DNA from: Candidatus Iainarchaeum sp.
GTDB taxonomy: Archaea > Nanobdellota > Nanobdellia > Pacearchaeales > GW2011-AR1
DNA length: 45,608 bases
Direction of reading: 5' to 3'
Assembly (NCBI GenBank): GCA_043815085.1
Contig: JBDRJG010000005.1
Span: forward strand, 1-45,608
A program made the position numbers and the translations under genes. This document shows, in pieces, positions 1 through 8,949 of this stretch; the stretch's first letter is position 1; the number at the start of each line of letters is the position of its first letter. The notes under the pieces are model-generated. The model did no database searches. It had not been told where the DNA came from and worked only from the letters and a program-made list of their open reading frames with translations.

Positions 1-111
1 ACACGCCCCGACCGAGAATATAACTTTTTGTTAGGTTCCCACTTTTGAGGAAATTAAGTCAAGATTTTCTCCATTTTCTTTATAAAGAAATACTTTACGT
101 TCCAAAGCTCA

Positions 112-163
112 CGCCGACACTGGGAATTGAACCCAGGAGCCCCGAAGGGCCGAGATTAGCAAT
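112..163 (-). tRNA. 3' half of interrupted tRNA-Ser(GCT) (partner of 1315..1351)
   Basis: Minus strand reads ATTGCTAA-TCTCG-GCCCTTCGGGGCTC-CTGGG-TTCAATT-CCCAG-TGTCGGC-G: anticodon loop, 3' anticodon stem, long variable arm, T arm, acceptor 3' strand and G73. TGTCGGC pairs with GCCGACA at 1345-1351. Confidence 0.9.
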
Positions 164-164
164 A

Positions 165-1091
165 TTATATAAAATTGTTTTTGCATTCTAAAAATAATTT
201 ATTGGATATTTCTAATTTTTCTTTAACTAACTTTTTACTAATATTTTTTATTCCCAAAACTTTCATAAGTGATCTATTCAAAAATTCTCTCTTTTCTTGT
301 TCAATTGAATTATCAAATGTCCAGAGAGTTAAGCAACAAACTATAAATCTGTAAGCAAATATAAAAGGATATTCTTTGAATGTTTTCTTTAGATATTCTA
401 AATTATATTTTACTTTTAATTTACCTTCCTTCTTTATTCTAAGATAATATGCTTCTGAAAAGCTACCCATTATTTCCTTAATTTTTTTATTATTAAATTT
501 GTAGAATTCTTCAAATAATCCATAAAACTTTGTATTTTTATTTTTATCTATAGATTTTATAGAATTTAATAATCTAAAACTTGGAAAAGGAAGGTTAAAT
601 CTTGGGGGCAAAGAGTGCATCATTATAAAACTTGGACTTTCCATACTATACAAATAATAAAATGCTTTTTCATAATCTCCTTTTTTAAAATCACTTTCTG
701 CTAATTTCTGAAATTTCTTTGCTTGCTTTAAAGAATCTTTAAATTTTTTCTTAGCTAATTTTTCATTGAACTTTGGAATTTTTATTTTTCCTGTTTTGCC
801 ATAAATAATCTTTTCTTCAGGCAATAAATTAGAATTTTTTAAATCCTCAATACTAAAATAGTGTTCTTCTATACATTTTCCTTTAAATTTGTAAAATCCT
901 CTTTTATTTTCAGGAAGGTCTTTTTTCTTAACATAAAATACAATATCTATATCACTATGTTTTGTTTCATCTCCACGAGCAACACTTCCTCCAAGAATAA
1001 CTGCTTGGATCGGTTCTTTTTTAATTTTTTCATTTACTAAAGAATTAACAACATCCATGAATTTTTGATGAATCTTTCTCTCTTTTTTCAT
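165..1091 (-). CDS. Pol-beta superfamily nucleotidyltransferase-domain protein with helical C-terminus
   Basis: Motif LGGSVARGDETKHSDIDIV. Start moved to ATG 1091 (MKKERK) because the longer ORF overlaps the tRNA; TTTAAA lies about 25 bp upstream. Confidence 0.8.
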   Translation of the reverse strand: MKKERKIHQKFMDVVNSLVNEKIKKEPIQAVILGGSVARGDETKHSDIDIVFYVKKKDLPENKRGFYKFKGKCIEEHYFSIEDLKNSNLLPEEKIIYGKTGKIKIPKFNEKLAKKKFKDSLKQAKKFQKLAESDFKKGDYEKAFYYLYSMESPSFIMMHSLPPRFNLPFPSFRLLNSIKSIDKNKNTKFYGLFEEFYKFNNKKIKEIMGSFSEAYYLRIKKEGKLKVKYNLEYLKKTFKEYPFIFAYRFIVCCLTLWTFDNSIEQEKREFLNRSLMKVLGIKNISKKLVKEKLEISNKLFLECKNNFI

Positions 1092-1125
1092 AAATCGTAT
1101 AAGCTTAATAAGTTTAAAAAATAAA

Positions 1126-1228
1126 CGCCCAGAGCAGGATTCGAACCTACGCACCCCGAAGGGTCAAGATTTTCGCAATCAAACAAAATCATAGCAATCT
1201 TGTGCGTTAACCACTCCGCCATCTGGGC
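1126..1228 (-). tRNA. tRNA-Ser(GCT) with 21-nt canonical 37/38 intron (1171..1191)
   Basis: GCCCAGA/TCTGGGC acceptor stem, CAAGA/TCTTG anticodon stem, GCT anticodon, long variable arm, GTTCGAAT T loop. BHB: TTGC pairs with intron GCGA, with 3-nt bulges TAT and AAA. Confidence 0.92.
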
Positions 1229-1314
1229 ATGAATATAATGTGATTTTTGATGATTTAAACTTTTTGATTGTTATTTTTAATAATTTACTAACTGCCCTAT
1301 TTTTGTTTACTAGT

Positions 1315-1351
1315 TTAGCAATCTCGTGCAATACCACTATGCGATGTCGGC
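1315..1351 (-). tRNA. 5' half of interrupted tRNA-Ser(GCT)
   Basis: Minus strand reads GCCGACA-TC-GCATAGTGGTATTGC-A-CGAGA-TTGCTAA. TTTAAA lies about 25-30 bp upstream. Confidence 0.9.
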
Positions 1352-1443
1352 TTAATTCTATAGAATATTTTAAGAATTTAAAGGTTTGCGTTGTGAATGA
1401 AAAGAAAAATAGAATATTTAATTATGAAACAAACAATAAAATA

Positions 1444-2319
1444 TTAATATAATGCTCGGATTCCTGCAATATCTCCACTTGCTAAGTCTCTTTTTGAGAT
1501 ATCTCCATTCCAAGAATAACCATACATTGTTTGGTCAGAGCATGCACTATTATACAAATCATCCATCCCAACTGCATGTCCAAGCTCGTGTGTTGCTATG
1601 TTTTCAAAATCCATCACTGATGAATTAATCGTTGCGTCACCCCATATAAAGTTATCATTGAATACCATATCCCATTCAACTAATTCTCTGTTACTAGGCC
1701 TTCCTCCGAAAATACCCCACACAACTGTAAATGCTATTGTATCACTTGCACCCAAATCATCAAAATATACTTCATTTTTATTATCAGTTGTATAAAAGTC
1801 TGCTACTAAAGTTTCATTAGTAGAACTTCCTGTTCCAAGAATATCATAATTTGCTGCAGTTTCCCATTTGACAATACTATCTGCTAAATTGCCTGTTATA
1901 AATCCTTCACTTAATCCATCCTCATTATTTGTATTAACAATATAATTTTCAACTGATTTCCATTTTGCTCCTTTTGATAAAAAGCCATAGCAAGAACTTG
2001 TATCTGGTTCTGTTGGATCTTCTCCTCCACCACAATCAAGTGGGCATTTATTTATATTTTCACCGGGCTCACAAATCCCATTACCACAAACAGTCCCTGG
2101 TTTTGCAAACTTTTCTTTATCTCTAATCATAAAAGCATAACCTTCTACAACTTTTCCTTTGTCAATTGTCTTACCAAGATAAAAAACTCCTGGGGAAACC
2201 TCTACTGCATGTTTTGGAAGATTAAATTTCTGGTTTTGATTTTTTGCAGAAGCAACCACAAGTCCAACAGAAATCATTAACGTAAACACTACACATAATG
2301 CTATTATTGTTTTTTTCAT
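1444..2319 (-). CDS. Secreted matrixin/metzincin-type zinc metalloprotease
   Basis: Signal peptide, HELGHAVGMDD zinc motif, Met-turn QTMYG, Cys-rich CGNGICEPGE..CPLDC module. Confidence 0.85.
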   Translation of the reverse strand: MKKTIIALCVVFTLMISVGLVVASAKNQNQKFNLPKHAVEVSPGVFYLGKTIDKGKVVEGYAFMIRDKEKFAKPGTVCGNGICEPGENINKCPLDCGGGEDPTEPDTSSCYGFLSKGAKWKSVENYIVNTNNEDGLSEGFITGNLADSIVKWETAANYDILGTGSSTNETLVADFYTTDNKNEVYFDDLGASDTIAFTVVWGIFGGRPSNRELVEWDMVFNDNFIWGDATINSSVMDFENIATHELGHAVGMDDLYNSACSDQTMYGYSWNGDISKRDLASGDIAGIRALY

Positions 2320-2420
2320 ACTATAACAGGGAAGTTCAGATATTTAAAACTAACCCCCCAATAGAATAGCAGGTTTTAGGTTTTAGATAAATTTAAATAT
2401 TCTTTTTTTCTTAAGCAATT

Positions 2421-4664
2421 ATGTTGAAAGAAAGAGGTAAGTTATTTGGCATTATATTAATTAGTGTTGTTTTACTATCTATGTTTTCTGTTATTATTGT
2501 TTCTGCTCAGGAGGATAATGCCACAACAGACCAACCACAACCCAATTATACTGAGACCGATAAAGAAGGAGAGGATGTTAAGGAAGGAAATTGTTTTGAT
2601 TATTGTAATGATTATTGGTCTGTTGCAATGCCTACATGTCCTGGAGATTATGTAGTTGATGGCACATATCCTGATTGTACTTGTGAATGGTTTTGTTATG
2701 AAGATGATGAAAGTTATAGATGTGAAGATATGGATAAAGAAGATTGTGAATCAGCAGATGATTGTGAAAGTATTTTAGGATCTAGTTTTTGTGAGGGAGA
2801 TACTTGTACTACAGATATGGTTTGGAAAGGTTGTAGATATAAAGGTGATGAGTTTTTTGAAGATTATGAAGGTGAAGAACTAAAACAAGAAGCAGGAACT
2901 ACTCCCGGTGATGCTTTTTATTTTATAGATAAGTTTTTTGATAGATTTGGTGATCAATTAGATGTAAAAGAAGAAAGAGTTGCAGAAATTAAAGCAATGG
3001 TTGAAGCAGGAGATTTAGAATCTGCAAAGATAGCTTTAGAAGAATATATGAAATTAGCAGAAGAGCTTGAGCATGAAATTGACCCTGAAAGAAAAGAAGA
3101 TGCAAAAAGAAGTGCTGCTGCAATTAGAGCTACTATGAAAGATATTAAAGGTCAACTTCCTGAAGGAGAAAGAGGGAAATTTGTTAGTGAGATTATGAGT
3201 AAAGAACATTCAATAGCTACTGCGGCTGAAATTTCTTCTAAGATTAAAGAATTATGTGTTCAATTAGCTGAATTAGATCCATTAGAATATGAGAAAATGT
3301 GTAAGACTGATGATGATGCTCCTAAGTGGCAGAAAAGACTTGACAAGGATTTAACAGAAGAGCAAGAAAAAATAGCTAGAGAATTTGTAAGTATAATGAA
3401 ACAATGTTTTAAAACTTCTGGCCAAGATTGTAAATGTAAAGATATTCCTTTTTATGATTTTTCAATTGCTTGTTCTAAAGCAGCGCCTTTAGCTACTGCT
3501 TGTGATATTGGGGAAGATGAAATAGCTTGTGATGAATTAGATAATTTGGATATGCCTGAGTTGCCTGATTGGTTGCAACCAATTTGGGAAGATTTGGAGG
3601 GGGGGATGAAAGAAGCCCAGTATGATATGCATATGCCTCCTGAATGTGTTGAAGAAGGAGCTACAACTCCAAAAGAATGTAACAAGATTATGATAAAAAC
3701 ACATGCTCCTCTTGAATGTAAGGCAGCATTATTAGCAGCAGATATTCAAACTGAAAATGAAGGAAAAAAAATTTGTGATAGAATTATGTTTGAATTACAT
3801 ACTCCTAAACAATGTATTGATAAAGGAATAACAGACCCTGATGAATGTGCAAAATTTATGGATAGTTTTAGAGGACCTACGAGTCTTGGAGGAGGACCTG
3901 GATTTGGTCCTGATTGTATGAGTATTGAAGATCCAATGAAAAGATTGGAATGTTATGATAATAAAGGTAGTGAGATGGGAGAATTTTATGGTCCTATTGG
4001 TGAAGGAGAAATGCCTGAAGGAGAAATAACTTGGCAGTGTAAAGAGAACAGAATACACTGGCCTCCTGATTGTGAAACTTTTATGAGAGAAGAATGGCCT
4101 GAGCAAGAAAAAATGAGAATAGAAGAAAGTGAACAAAGAAGGGCAGAGGAACAGGATTGGAGAGTACAAGAAAAAGAATGTGCAGCAAGTTGTGACTTAG
4201 TAAATGGATGGTGGGATTTCCGTGAAGGAAAGTGTGTATGTTATGCTAATGAAGGTACTGGCCCAAAACCAGGAGAATGGGGTAGTGAAGAATGGGAAGC
4301 TAGTGGTGGTGGCTCTGGATGTGGTGATTGTTCTAGTCAATGCCCTGCTGGCGCTTATACTGATTGTGTGAATGATAAATGTGTGTGTGGAGAAGTACCC
4401 ACTGGCCCACAATATGGCGAAGGAGAAGGTCTAGAGAGCCCGGAGATTTTGATAATACAGGAGAAACCTCCTGAAGAAACATATACAGAGCCCGACAATA
4501 CAGTAGAACCCCCAGAGACTACTCCTGAACCTGAACCGACCCCCGAACCAGAACCAGAACCGGAACCAGAACCGGAACCGGAACCAGAATCGGAACCAGA
4601 ACCTGAACCAGTAACAGGAAATGTTATTACTGGAAATGCATTTTTAGATTATTATTTTAGATAA
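2421..4664 (+). CDS. Large secreted acidic Cys-rich surface protein with DUF5667-like helical region and PE-repeat stalk
   Basis: N-terminal hydrophobic signal, many Cys pairs, AGTTPGDAFYFIDK..EERVAE segment, (PE)n near the C-terminus. Confidence 0.7.
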   Translation: MLKERGKLFGIILISVVLLSMFSVIIVSAQEDNATTDQPQPNYTETDKEGEDVKEGNCFDYCNDYWSVAMPTCPGDYVVDGTYPDCTCEWFCYEDDESYRCEDMDKEDCESADDCESILGSSFCEGDTCTTDMVWKGCRYKGDEFFEDYEGEELKQEAGTTPGDAFYFIDKFFDRFGDQLDVKEERVAEIKAMVEAGDLESAKIALEEYMKLAEELEHEIDPERKEDAKRSAAAIRATMKDIKGQLPEGERGKFVSEIMSKEHSIATAAEISSKIKELCVQLAELDPLEYEKMCKTDDDAPKWQKRLDKDLTEEQEKIAREFVSIMKQCFKTSGQDCKCKDIPFYDFSIACSKAAPLATACDIGEDEIACDELDNLDMPELPDWLQPIWEDLEGGMKEAQYDMHMPPECVEEGATTPKECNKIMIKTHAPLECKAALLAADIQTENEGKKICDRIMFELHTPKQCIDKGITDPDECAKFMDSFRGPTSLGGGPGFGPDCMSIEDPMKRLECYDNKGSEMGEFYGPIGEGEMPEGEITWQCKENRIHWPPDCETFMREEWPEQEKMRIEESEQRRAEEQDWRVQEKECAASCDLVNGWWDFREGKCVCYANEGTGPKPGEWGSEEWEASGGGSGCGDCSSQCPAGAYTDCVNDKCVCGEVPTGPQYGEGEGLESPEILIIQEKPPEETYTEPDNTVEPPETTPEPEPTPEPEPEPEPEPEPEPESEPEPEPVTGNVITGNAFLDYYFR
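4524..4610 (+). repeat. Coding hexanucleotide repeat (ccNgaa)n encoding a Pro-Glu stalk
   Basis: gaaccagaaccggaacc... tandem copies are directly visible. Confidence 0.9.
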
Positions 4665-4828
4665 TTTTATTATTGAGATATTTTTCTTTTTTTGAATCTT
4701 TTTCTGATTATTAATAATTCCTAGTATAGTGCCACTTTTATAGTTCTGAATATATGGTTTTCGGTTTGATGTTTATCCCAAAAACATTTATAATCTCAAA
4801 AAAATTATATTTCTTAGAAGAGGGGAAG

Positions 4829-5392
4829 ATGAACAAAACACTAAAACTACTTATAATATCAGATATATTTGTAATAAGTGGTTTTGGACTCATTGCTCCT
4901 ATTCTTGCAATTTTTATAAAAGACAATCTCGTGGGAGGAACAATTATTGCAGCAGGTGTCGCAAGTGCAATATTTTTAATAACTCATTCTCTTTTGCAAA
5001 TACTTTTTTCATATAAATTCAATCCAAAAGACAGGTTGTGGATGCTTAGAGTAGGAACTGCTTTAATAGTATTTATTCCATTTGGATATATCTTCTCAAC
5101 TCATATTTATCATATTTATTTTGTCCAGTTCATATATGGTGTTGGAGCAGCTTTTGCTTATCCATCCTGGTCCAGCTTTTTTACTTCTAATTTAGAAAAA
5201 GGAAAAAGAGGATTTCAATATTCTCTTTATTCTTCATCAGTAGGTATAGGAACAGCAATCACAGCAGGGATTGGAGCTTGGCTTGCTGAAAAAACAAGCT
5301 TCCAGCTTGTATTTATTTTAACAGGAATTCTTGCAATAATCGGGTTCTTAATATTATTCAGATTAGAAAAGAGAATTCTGAGAAGAATATAG
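4829..5392 (+). CDS. Half-size MFS-type membrane transporter (about 6 TM)
   Basis: Hydrophobic helices with MFS-like segments QFIYGVGAAFAYPSW and KRGFQYS. ATG 4829 follows GAGGGG. Confidence 0.7.
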   Translation: MNKTLKLLIISDIFVISGFGLIAPILAIFIKDNLVGGTIIAAGVASAIFLITHSLLQILFSYKFNPKDRLWMLRVGTALIVFIPFGYIFSTHIYHIYFVQFIYGVGAAFAYPSWSSFFTSNLEKGKRGFQYSLYSSSVGIGTAITAGIGAWLAEKTSFQLVFILTGILAIIGFLILFRLEKRILRRI

Positions 5393-5436
5393 AAAAATAT
5401 AAAAAAGAAAAAGATAAAACAAAATTAAATTAAAAT

Positions 5437-6042
5437 TTACCAGTTACCTAAACCTGCTCTTGTTGGACTAACATATTGCATTCCATGTAATCCTGCACAA
5501 GCATCATTTTCTACTTGTTGAATTATTGCAAATGCACCCCATATTACAGGACCAATTTCTGTTCCATCTGCAGTATACCAAACACCAGCAGTTAAAACAG
5601 CATCTGCTGGAGCAGCAACTATCTTTACAAAATAGTTCCATTTACAAATTTCTCCATCTTGTTCATACTCTCCACTCTGATGATTTGTTAACCATGCACC
5701 ACTTCCAATATATGAATCAAATCCATAATATCTGTCAAGCAAACCATCTCCATCACAATCTTTATTACTTAACCAAGCATCATTCCATTTCATAGAAAGC
5801 TTTATATCCTTGTATGGTTGACACCATTCCGCATCTCTATATGAATCACAATAGAATCCATTAAACAAATGTGCTTGATAATTATATCCCCCTTGGTCAT
5901 ATCCGGTTTCTATAACTGAACCATCGCTTGCTAAAAGCTCCCCACTTTGAATCGTTGTGCATTCATCTTTCTTAGCAACAACTATTCCAACAGAAACAAG
6001 CAACATAGAAGCAATCAATAAAGTCATTAATATTTTTTTCAT
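5437..6042 (-). CDS. Secreted hypothetical protein
   Basis: Signal peptide, GGGGGTGA SD, DCDGDG Ca-binding-like motif. Confidence 0.7.
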   Translation of the reverse strand: MKKILMTLLIASMLLVSVGIVVAKKDECTTIQSGELLASDGSVIETGYDQGGYNYQAHLFNGFYCDSYRDAEWCQPYKDIKLSMKWNDAWLSNKDCDGDGLLDRYYGFDSYIGSGAWLTNHQSGEYEQDGEICKWNYFVKIVAAPADAVLTAGVWYTADGTEIGPVIWGAFAIIQQVENDACAGLHGMQYVSPTRAGLGNW

Positions 6043-6150
6043 TTTTTCACCCCCTTACATTTCTCTATATCATAATATTAAAATTCATTTAAAATCTTTG
6101 TTGTGTTCTATTAGTTAGTTTTAAAAGTAACCAAATTTTAGATTTTATAT

Positions 6151-6226
6151 AGCGGGATGGAGCAGTCTGGAGTGCTCGCCGGGCCCATAACCCGGAGATC
6201 GTGTGGTTCAAATCCCACTCCCGCTA
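6151..6226 (+). tRNA. Initiator tRNA-Met(CAT)
   Basis: A1-T72 pair, three consecutive G-C pairs in the anticodon stem (CCGGG/CCCGG), CAT anticodon, GTTCAAAT T loop. Confidence 0.93.
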
Positions 6227-6840
6227 TCCTTCCGGCGTGGGCGTATTGTTACTTTTAAGTTAATACAAAATAGGAAGATTTAAAAACCAATTTATATTTG
6301 ATTTTTTATGAAAGAAATAGATCTTAATGAAGCTGAAAATAAAGGATTAGTTGCACTAACAAAAGTACTTGTTCCTGGAACTATTATTACGAGTGCTGAA
6401 AAGTTAAAATTTCTAGGTAACGAAGAATTTCCTGACGCCACACATTATTCTTTTTTAGGAACAAGTTCTAAAATGAAAGAAATAAAAACTCCAAGAAAAT
6501 TAAAACCTTTTGGAATTACAACTTACAAAAAACAGAAAAGAATAGAAGATCTCTCTACATATATTCTTTGGTCAGACAATCAAAAGGTTTATGAGAGATT
6601 TAATCTTAATCCTTCAAAACCAGAAAAAGAGACTAACAATATTTCTAACTAACAATAAAAACTCCCTAACAGAGAGTAGAACGTTCAACTCCCTTTAGTC
6701 TTCCGGCGTGGGCGTAAAACATTCTATTTAACGCCCAAAACAGAGCGTTATTTTTATATACAAGTTAGATAATTGAAAAGGATAAAAAGGCTTAAAATCT
6801 CGGTATTCCTACTTTTAATAACCTACCCACTCCCGCTATC
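6214..6840. repeat. att-like direct repeats: 15-bp tRNA-iMet 3' end (6214-6228, 6826-6840) enclosing a nested 17-bp repeat (6229-6245, 6700-6716)
   Basis: Exact copies of cccactcccgctatc (x2) and cttccggcgtgggcgta (x2). Confidence 0.85.
6308..6652 (+). CDS. Hypothetical protein (passenger between the repeats)
   Basis: 114-aa ORF; GAAGATTTAAAAA promoter about 25 bp upstream. Confidence 0.65.
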   Translation: MKEIDLNEAENKGLVALTKVLVPGTIITSAEKLKFLGNEEFPDATHYSFLGTSSKMKEIKTPRKLKPFGITTYKKQKRIEDLSTYILWSDNQKVYERFNLNPSKPEKETNNISN

Positions 6841-6942
6841 TGATTGGGATTTGAAAGGAGTTTTGTGTAATCTATATTTTTGTACTAATTTAATAGTAGT
6901 TAAAAACATAGTCTTTATAAACTCGAATCTTTCTGAGATATA

Positions 6943-7374
6943 ATGGAAACACAATCTACAGATTATTCAGACATAGAAATTTGTCCTTATGAGAGCCCTG
7001 CTTATTACATAGCAGAAAGGTTAAAAGAAAGAGGTTATGAAATAGCAGACCGCGGAGGATGTAGAAGAAAAAAACCCATTCCGGGTTTAGTTGGAATTCT
7101 GAAAGAAAGAGAGCAGATTCAAAAAAGTTTTCTTGGAATTAAATGGAATAAAAACCAAAGAGCACTTCATATTGGAAATCTCTTGATTCACGATGAATCA
7201 AGAGGAGCAATCGAAGATAAAAAATGGGTTTTGCTAGTCTATGGGGAAGAATATAAACCAGAACTAACAAAGATTGTTAAAAAGATTTCAATACCCTATC
7301 AAATAGAAATAATAGTCAAATTAGACAAGGAAATTCCAAAAGAAGAGATTTCTTTGTTTGATTATCTTAATTGA
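6943..7374 (+). CDS. Hypothetical protein
   Basis: 143-aa ORF; TTTATAAA upstream. Confidence 0.65.
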   Translation: METQSTDYSDIEICPYESPAYYIAERLKERGYEIADRGGCRRKKPIPGLVGILKEREQIQKSFLGIKWNKNQRALHIGNLLIHDESRGAIEDKKWVLLVYGEEYKPELTKIVKKISIPYQIEIIVKLDKEIPKEEISLFDYLN

Positions 7375-7426
7375 ACGATTATTTTTAAACAACAATTCTT
7401 AAAAACCAATTTTCTTTAACATCTAT

Positions 7427-8092
7427 ATGTGGATATTGGGAATTGATGAAGCAGGAAGAGGTCCGGTGATAGGTCCAATGGTTCTGGCAGGGTGTTTAAT
7501 CACAGAAGAGGCCCAACTGGAATTAAAAAAGCTTGGAATTAAAGACAGCAAGGAATTAACACAAAAGAGAAGAGAATATCTGTCAGAAAAAATAAAGGTG
7601 ATAGCAGAAACTTTTGAAATAGTTCTTTCATATCCAGTTGAAATAGACCTCTCTCTTAATGGTGGAACAAATTTAAATAAATTAGAAGCAGCAAAAATAG
7701 CAGAAATAATTAATAAAGTAAACAGAGGATACGGGAAGATAAGAGTAATAATTGACTGCCCCTCTGTAACAATTGAAAAATGGACAGACCATCTGAAAAC
7801 AAAAATAGAAACTCTGCATAATCTTGAAATTGTTTGCGAGCACAAGGCAGATAAAAATCACGTTGCTGTTTCAGCAGCTTCTATTCTTGCAAAGACTATC
7901 CGCGAGAAAGAAATGGACAAGCTCAGAGAAATACATGGAATTGAAATCGGCTCTGGATATACTTCTGACCCCTCTACAATTCGCTTTCTCGAACTAAATG
8001 CAGATAATAACAAGAATTCTGACATCTTTAGAAAGACTTGGGAAACTTGGAAAAGAGCATCTGACAAACTCATTCAGAGAAAATTATTTTGA
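7427..8092 (+). CDS. rnhB: Ribonuclease HII
   Basis: GIDEAGRGPVIGP, DSKEL, HKAD..VSAASILAK, GSGY; C-terminal PIP-box-like QRKLF. Confidence 0.97.
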   Translation: MWILGIDEAGRGPVIGPMVLAGCLITEEAQLELKKLGIKDSKELTQKRREYLSEKIKVIAETFEIVLSYPVEIDLSLNGGTNLNKLEAAKIAEIINKVNRGYGKIRVIIDCPSVTIEKWTDHLKTKIETLHNLEIVCEHKADKNHVAVSAASILAKTIREKEMDKLREIHGIEIGSGYTSDPSTIRFLELNADNNKNSDIFRKTWETWKRASDKLIQRKLF

Positions 8093-8193
8093 AATTTCCA
8101 AGAATTTTTAAAAATCAGTCAAAGGAAATTGATTTAGTATTATGATGATTATAGGACATAAATGTTTATAAAATATTAATTTATGTAGGGATT

Positions 8194-8892
8194 ATGGAAA
8201 CACAATTTCCGGGGGGAAATTCTCTTGAGGGAGATTTTAGGAAAAGATTTTTAGAAAATTATCGTGGAGTTGTCAAGTCCAATTACAAAAATAATTTAAA
8301 TCTAAAAGTTTCGGGATTTAGAGATAACTTGGTAATGGGTTTAAATTCTTATTCACTTGTTCTTGTAAATAATCTTTTAGAAAAAGAAGGATTAAGAACA
8401 TTGGCTCCTGTGGATATTCCAAATATAAATGACAGAGATAAAAATCTTTTAAAAGGATTTGATATTAATTTTGGTTTGGTTCTAAGCGTTGAGAAATATG
8501 CAAATGGATACTTAGCGAAGCAATTAGCAAAACAGGTGAAGGAAAGAAAATATGAATTTTCTTCTGATAATCCTCTTGTTTTCAAACCGTCTGATTTGGA
8601 ATTAATTTTTGATAGGAGATCTTCTTCAGGACTTGGATTTAAAATAAAAGAAAGTGCGAATCTGTTTAATGCTCCTGAGTTAAGTTTTAAAAATAATAAG
8701 AGAAAGTTTAATAATATAAATGATAAATGGTCTCCAATTTTTGATGAAAATGGAAGTGGAACTCTCTATGCAAGAGAAAATGGTTTGTTTAGGCTTGACT
8801 TGTCTAAATATGGCGACTTATGTTCTTGGAATAACAATCTTGTTACATCAGACACTGGCAACCTGCTAGTTGCTTTGAATGATTCTAATTAA
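8194..8892 (+). CDS. Hypothetical protein resembling DPANN DGR variable (C-type lectin fold) proteins
   Basis: C-terminus TLYARENGLFRLDLSKYGDLCSWNNNLVTSDTGNLLV recalls GLSRLxL..L.S..NL..S..GRVVV termini. Recognised from memory only. Confidence 0.5.
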   Translation: METQFPGGNSLEGDFRKRFLENYRGVVKSNYKNNLNLKVSGFRDNLVMGLNSYSLVLVNNLLEKEGLRTLAPVDIPNINDRDKNLLKGFDINFGLVLSVEKYANGYLAKQLAKQVKERKYEFSSDNPLVFKPSDLELIFDRRSSSGLGFKIKESANLFNAPELSFKNNKRKFNNINDKWSPIFDENGSGTLYARENGLFRLDLSKYGDLCSWNNNLVTSDTGNLLVALNDSN

Positions 8893-8949
8893 AACTAAGT
8901 GTTTAAATTATCCTGAAAATCTTAAAAACCCAAAAATCTTCTGGACCTT

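Larger units (their letters stand above)
156..1322. mobile_element. 1159-bp insertion in the tRNA-Ser anticodon loop, bounded by an 8-bp direct repeat (ttagcaat at 156-163 and 1315-1322)
   Basis: Removing one repeat plus the intervening DNA gives an 81-nt cloverleaf. No integrase is encoded inside. Confidence 0.75.

Noticed and set aside
156-1322. The tRNA-Ser insert as a BHB or group I intron
   Set aside because: The junctions are a direct repeat. No 4-bp BHB helix forms (TTGC faces TTGC), and no splice point gives an exon-terminal U with an intron-terminal G.
1092-1452. N-terminal extension of the nucleotidyltransferase ORF and ORF 1240..1452 (+)
   Set aside because: Both overlap tRNA sequences and their promoters.
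4755-4790. Possible decayed TIR upstream of the MFS promoter
   Set aside because: Only ccgaaaa matches, the register is off, and no partner end or TSD was found.
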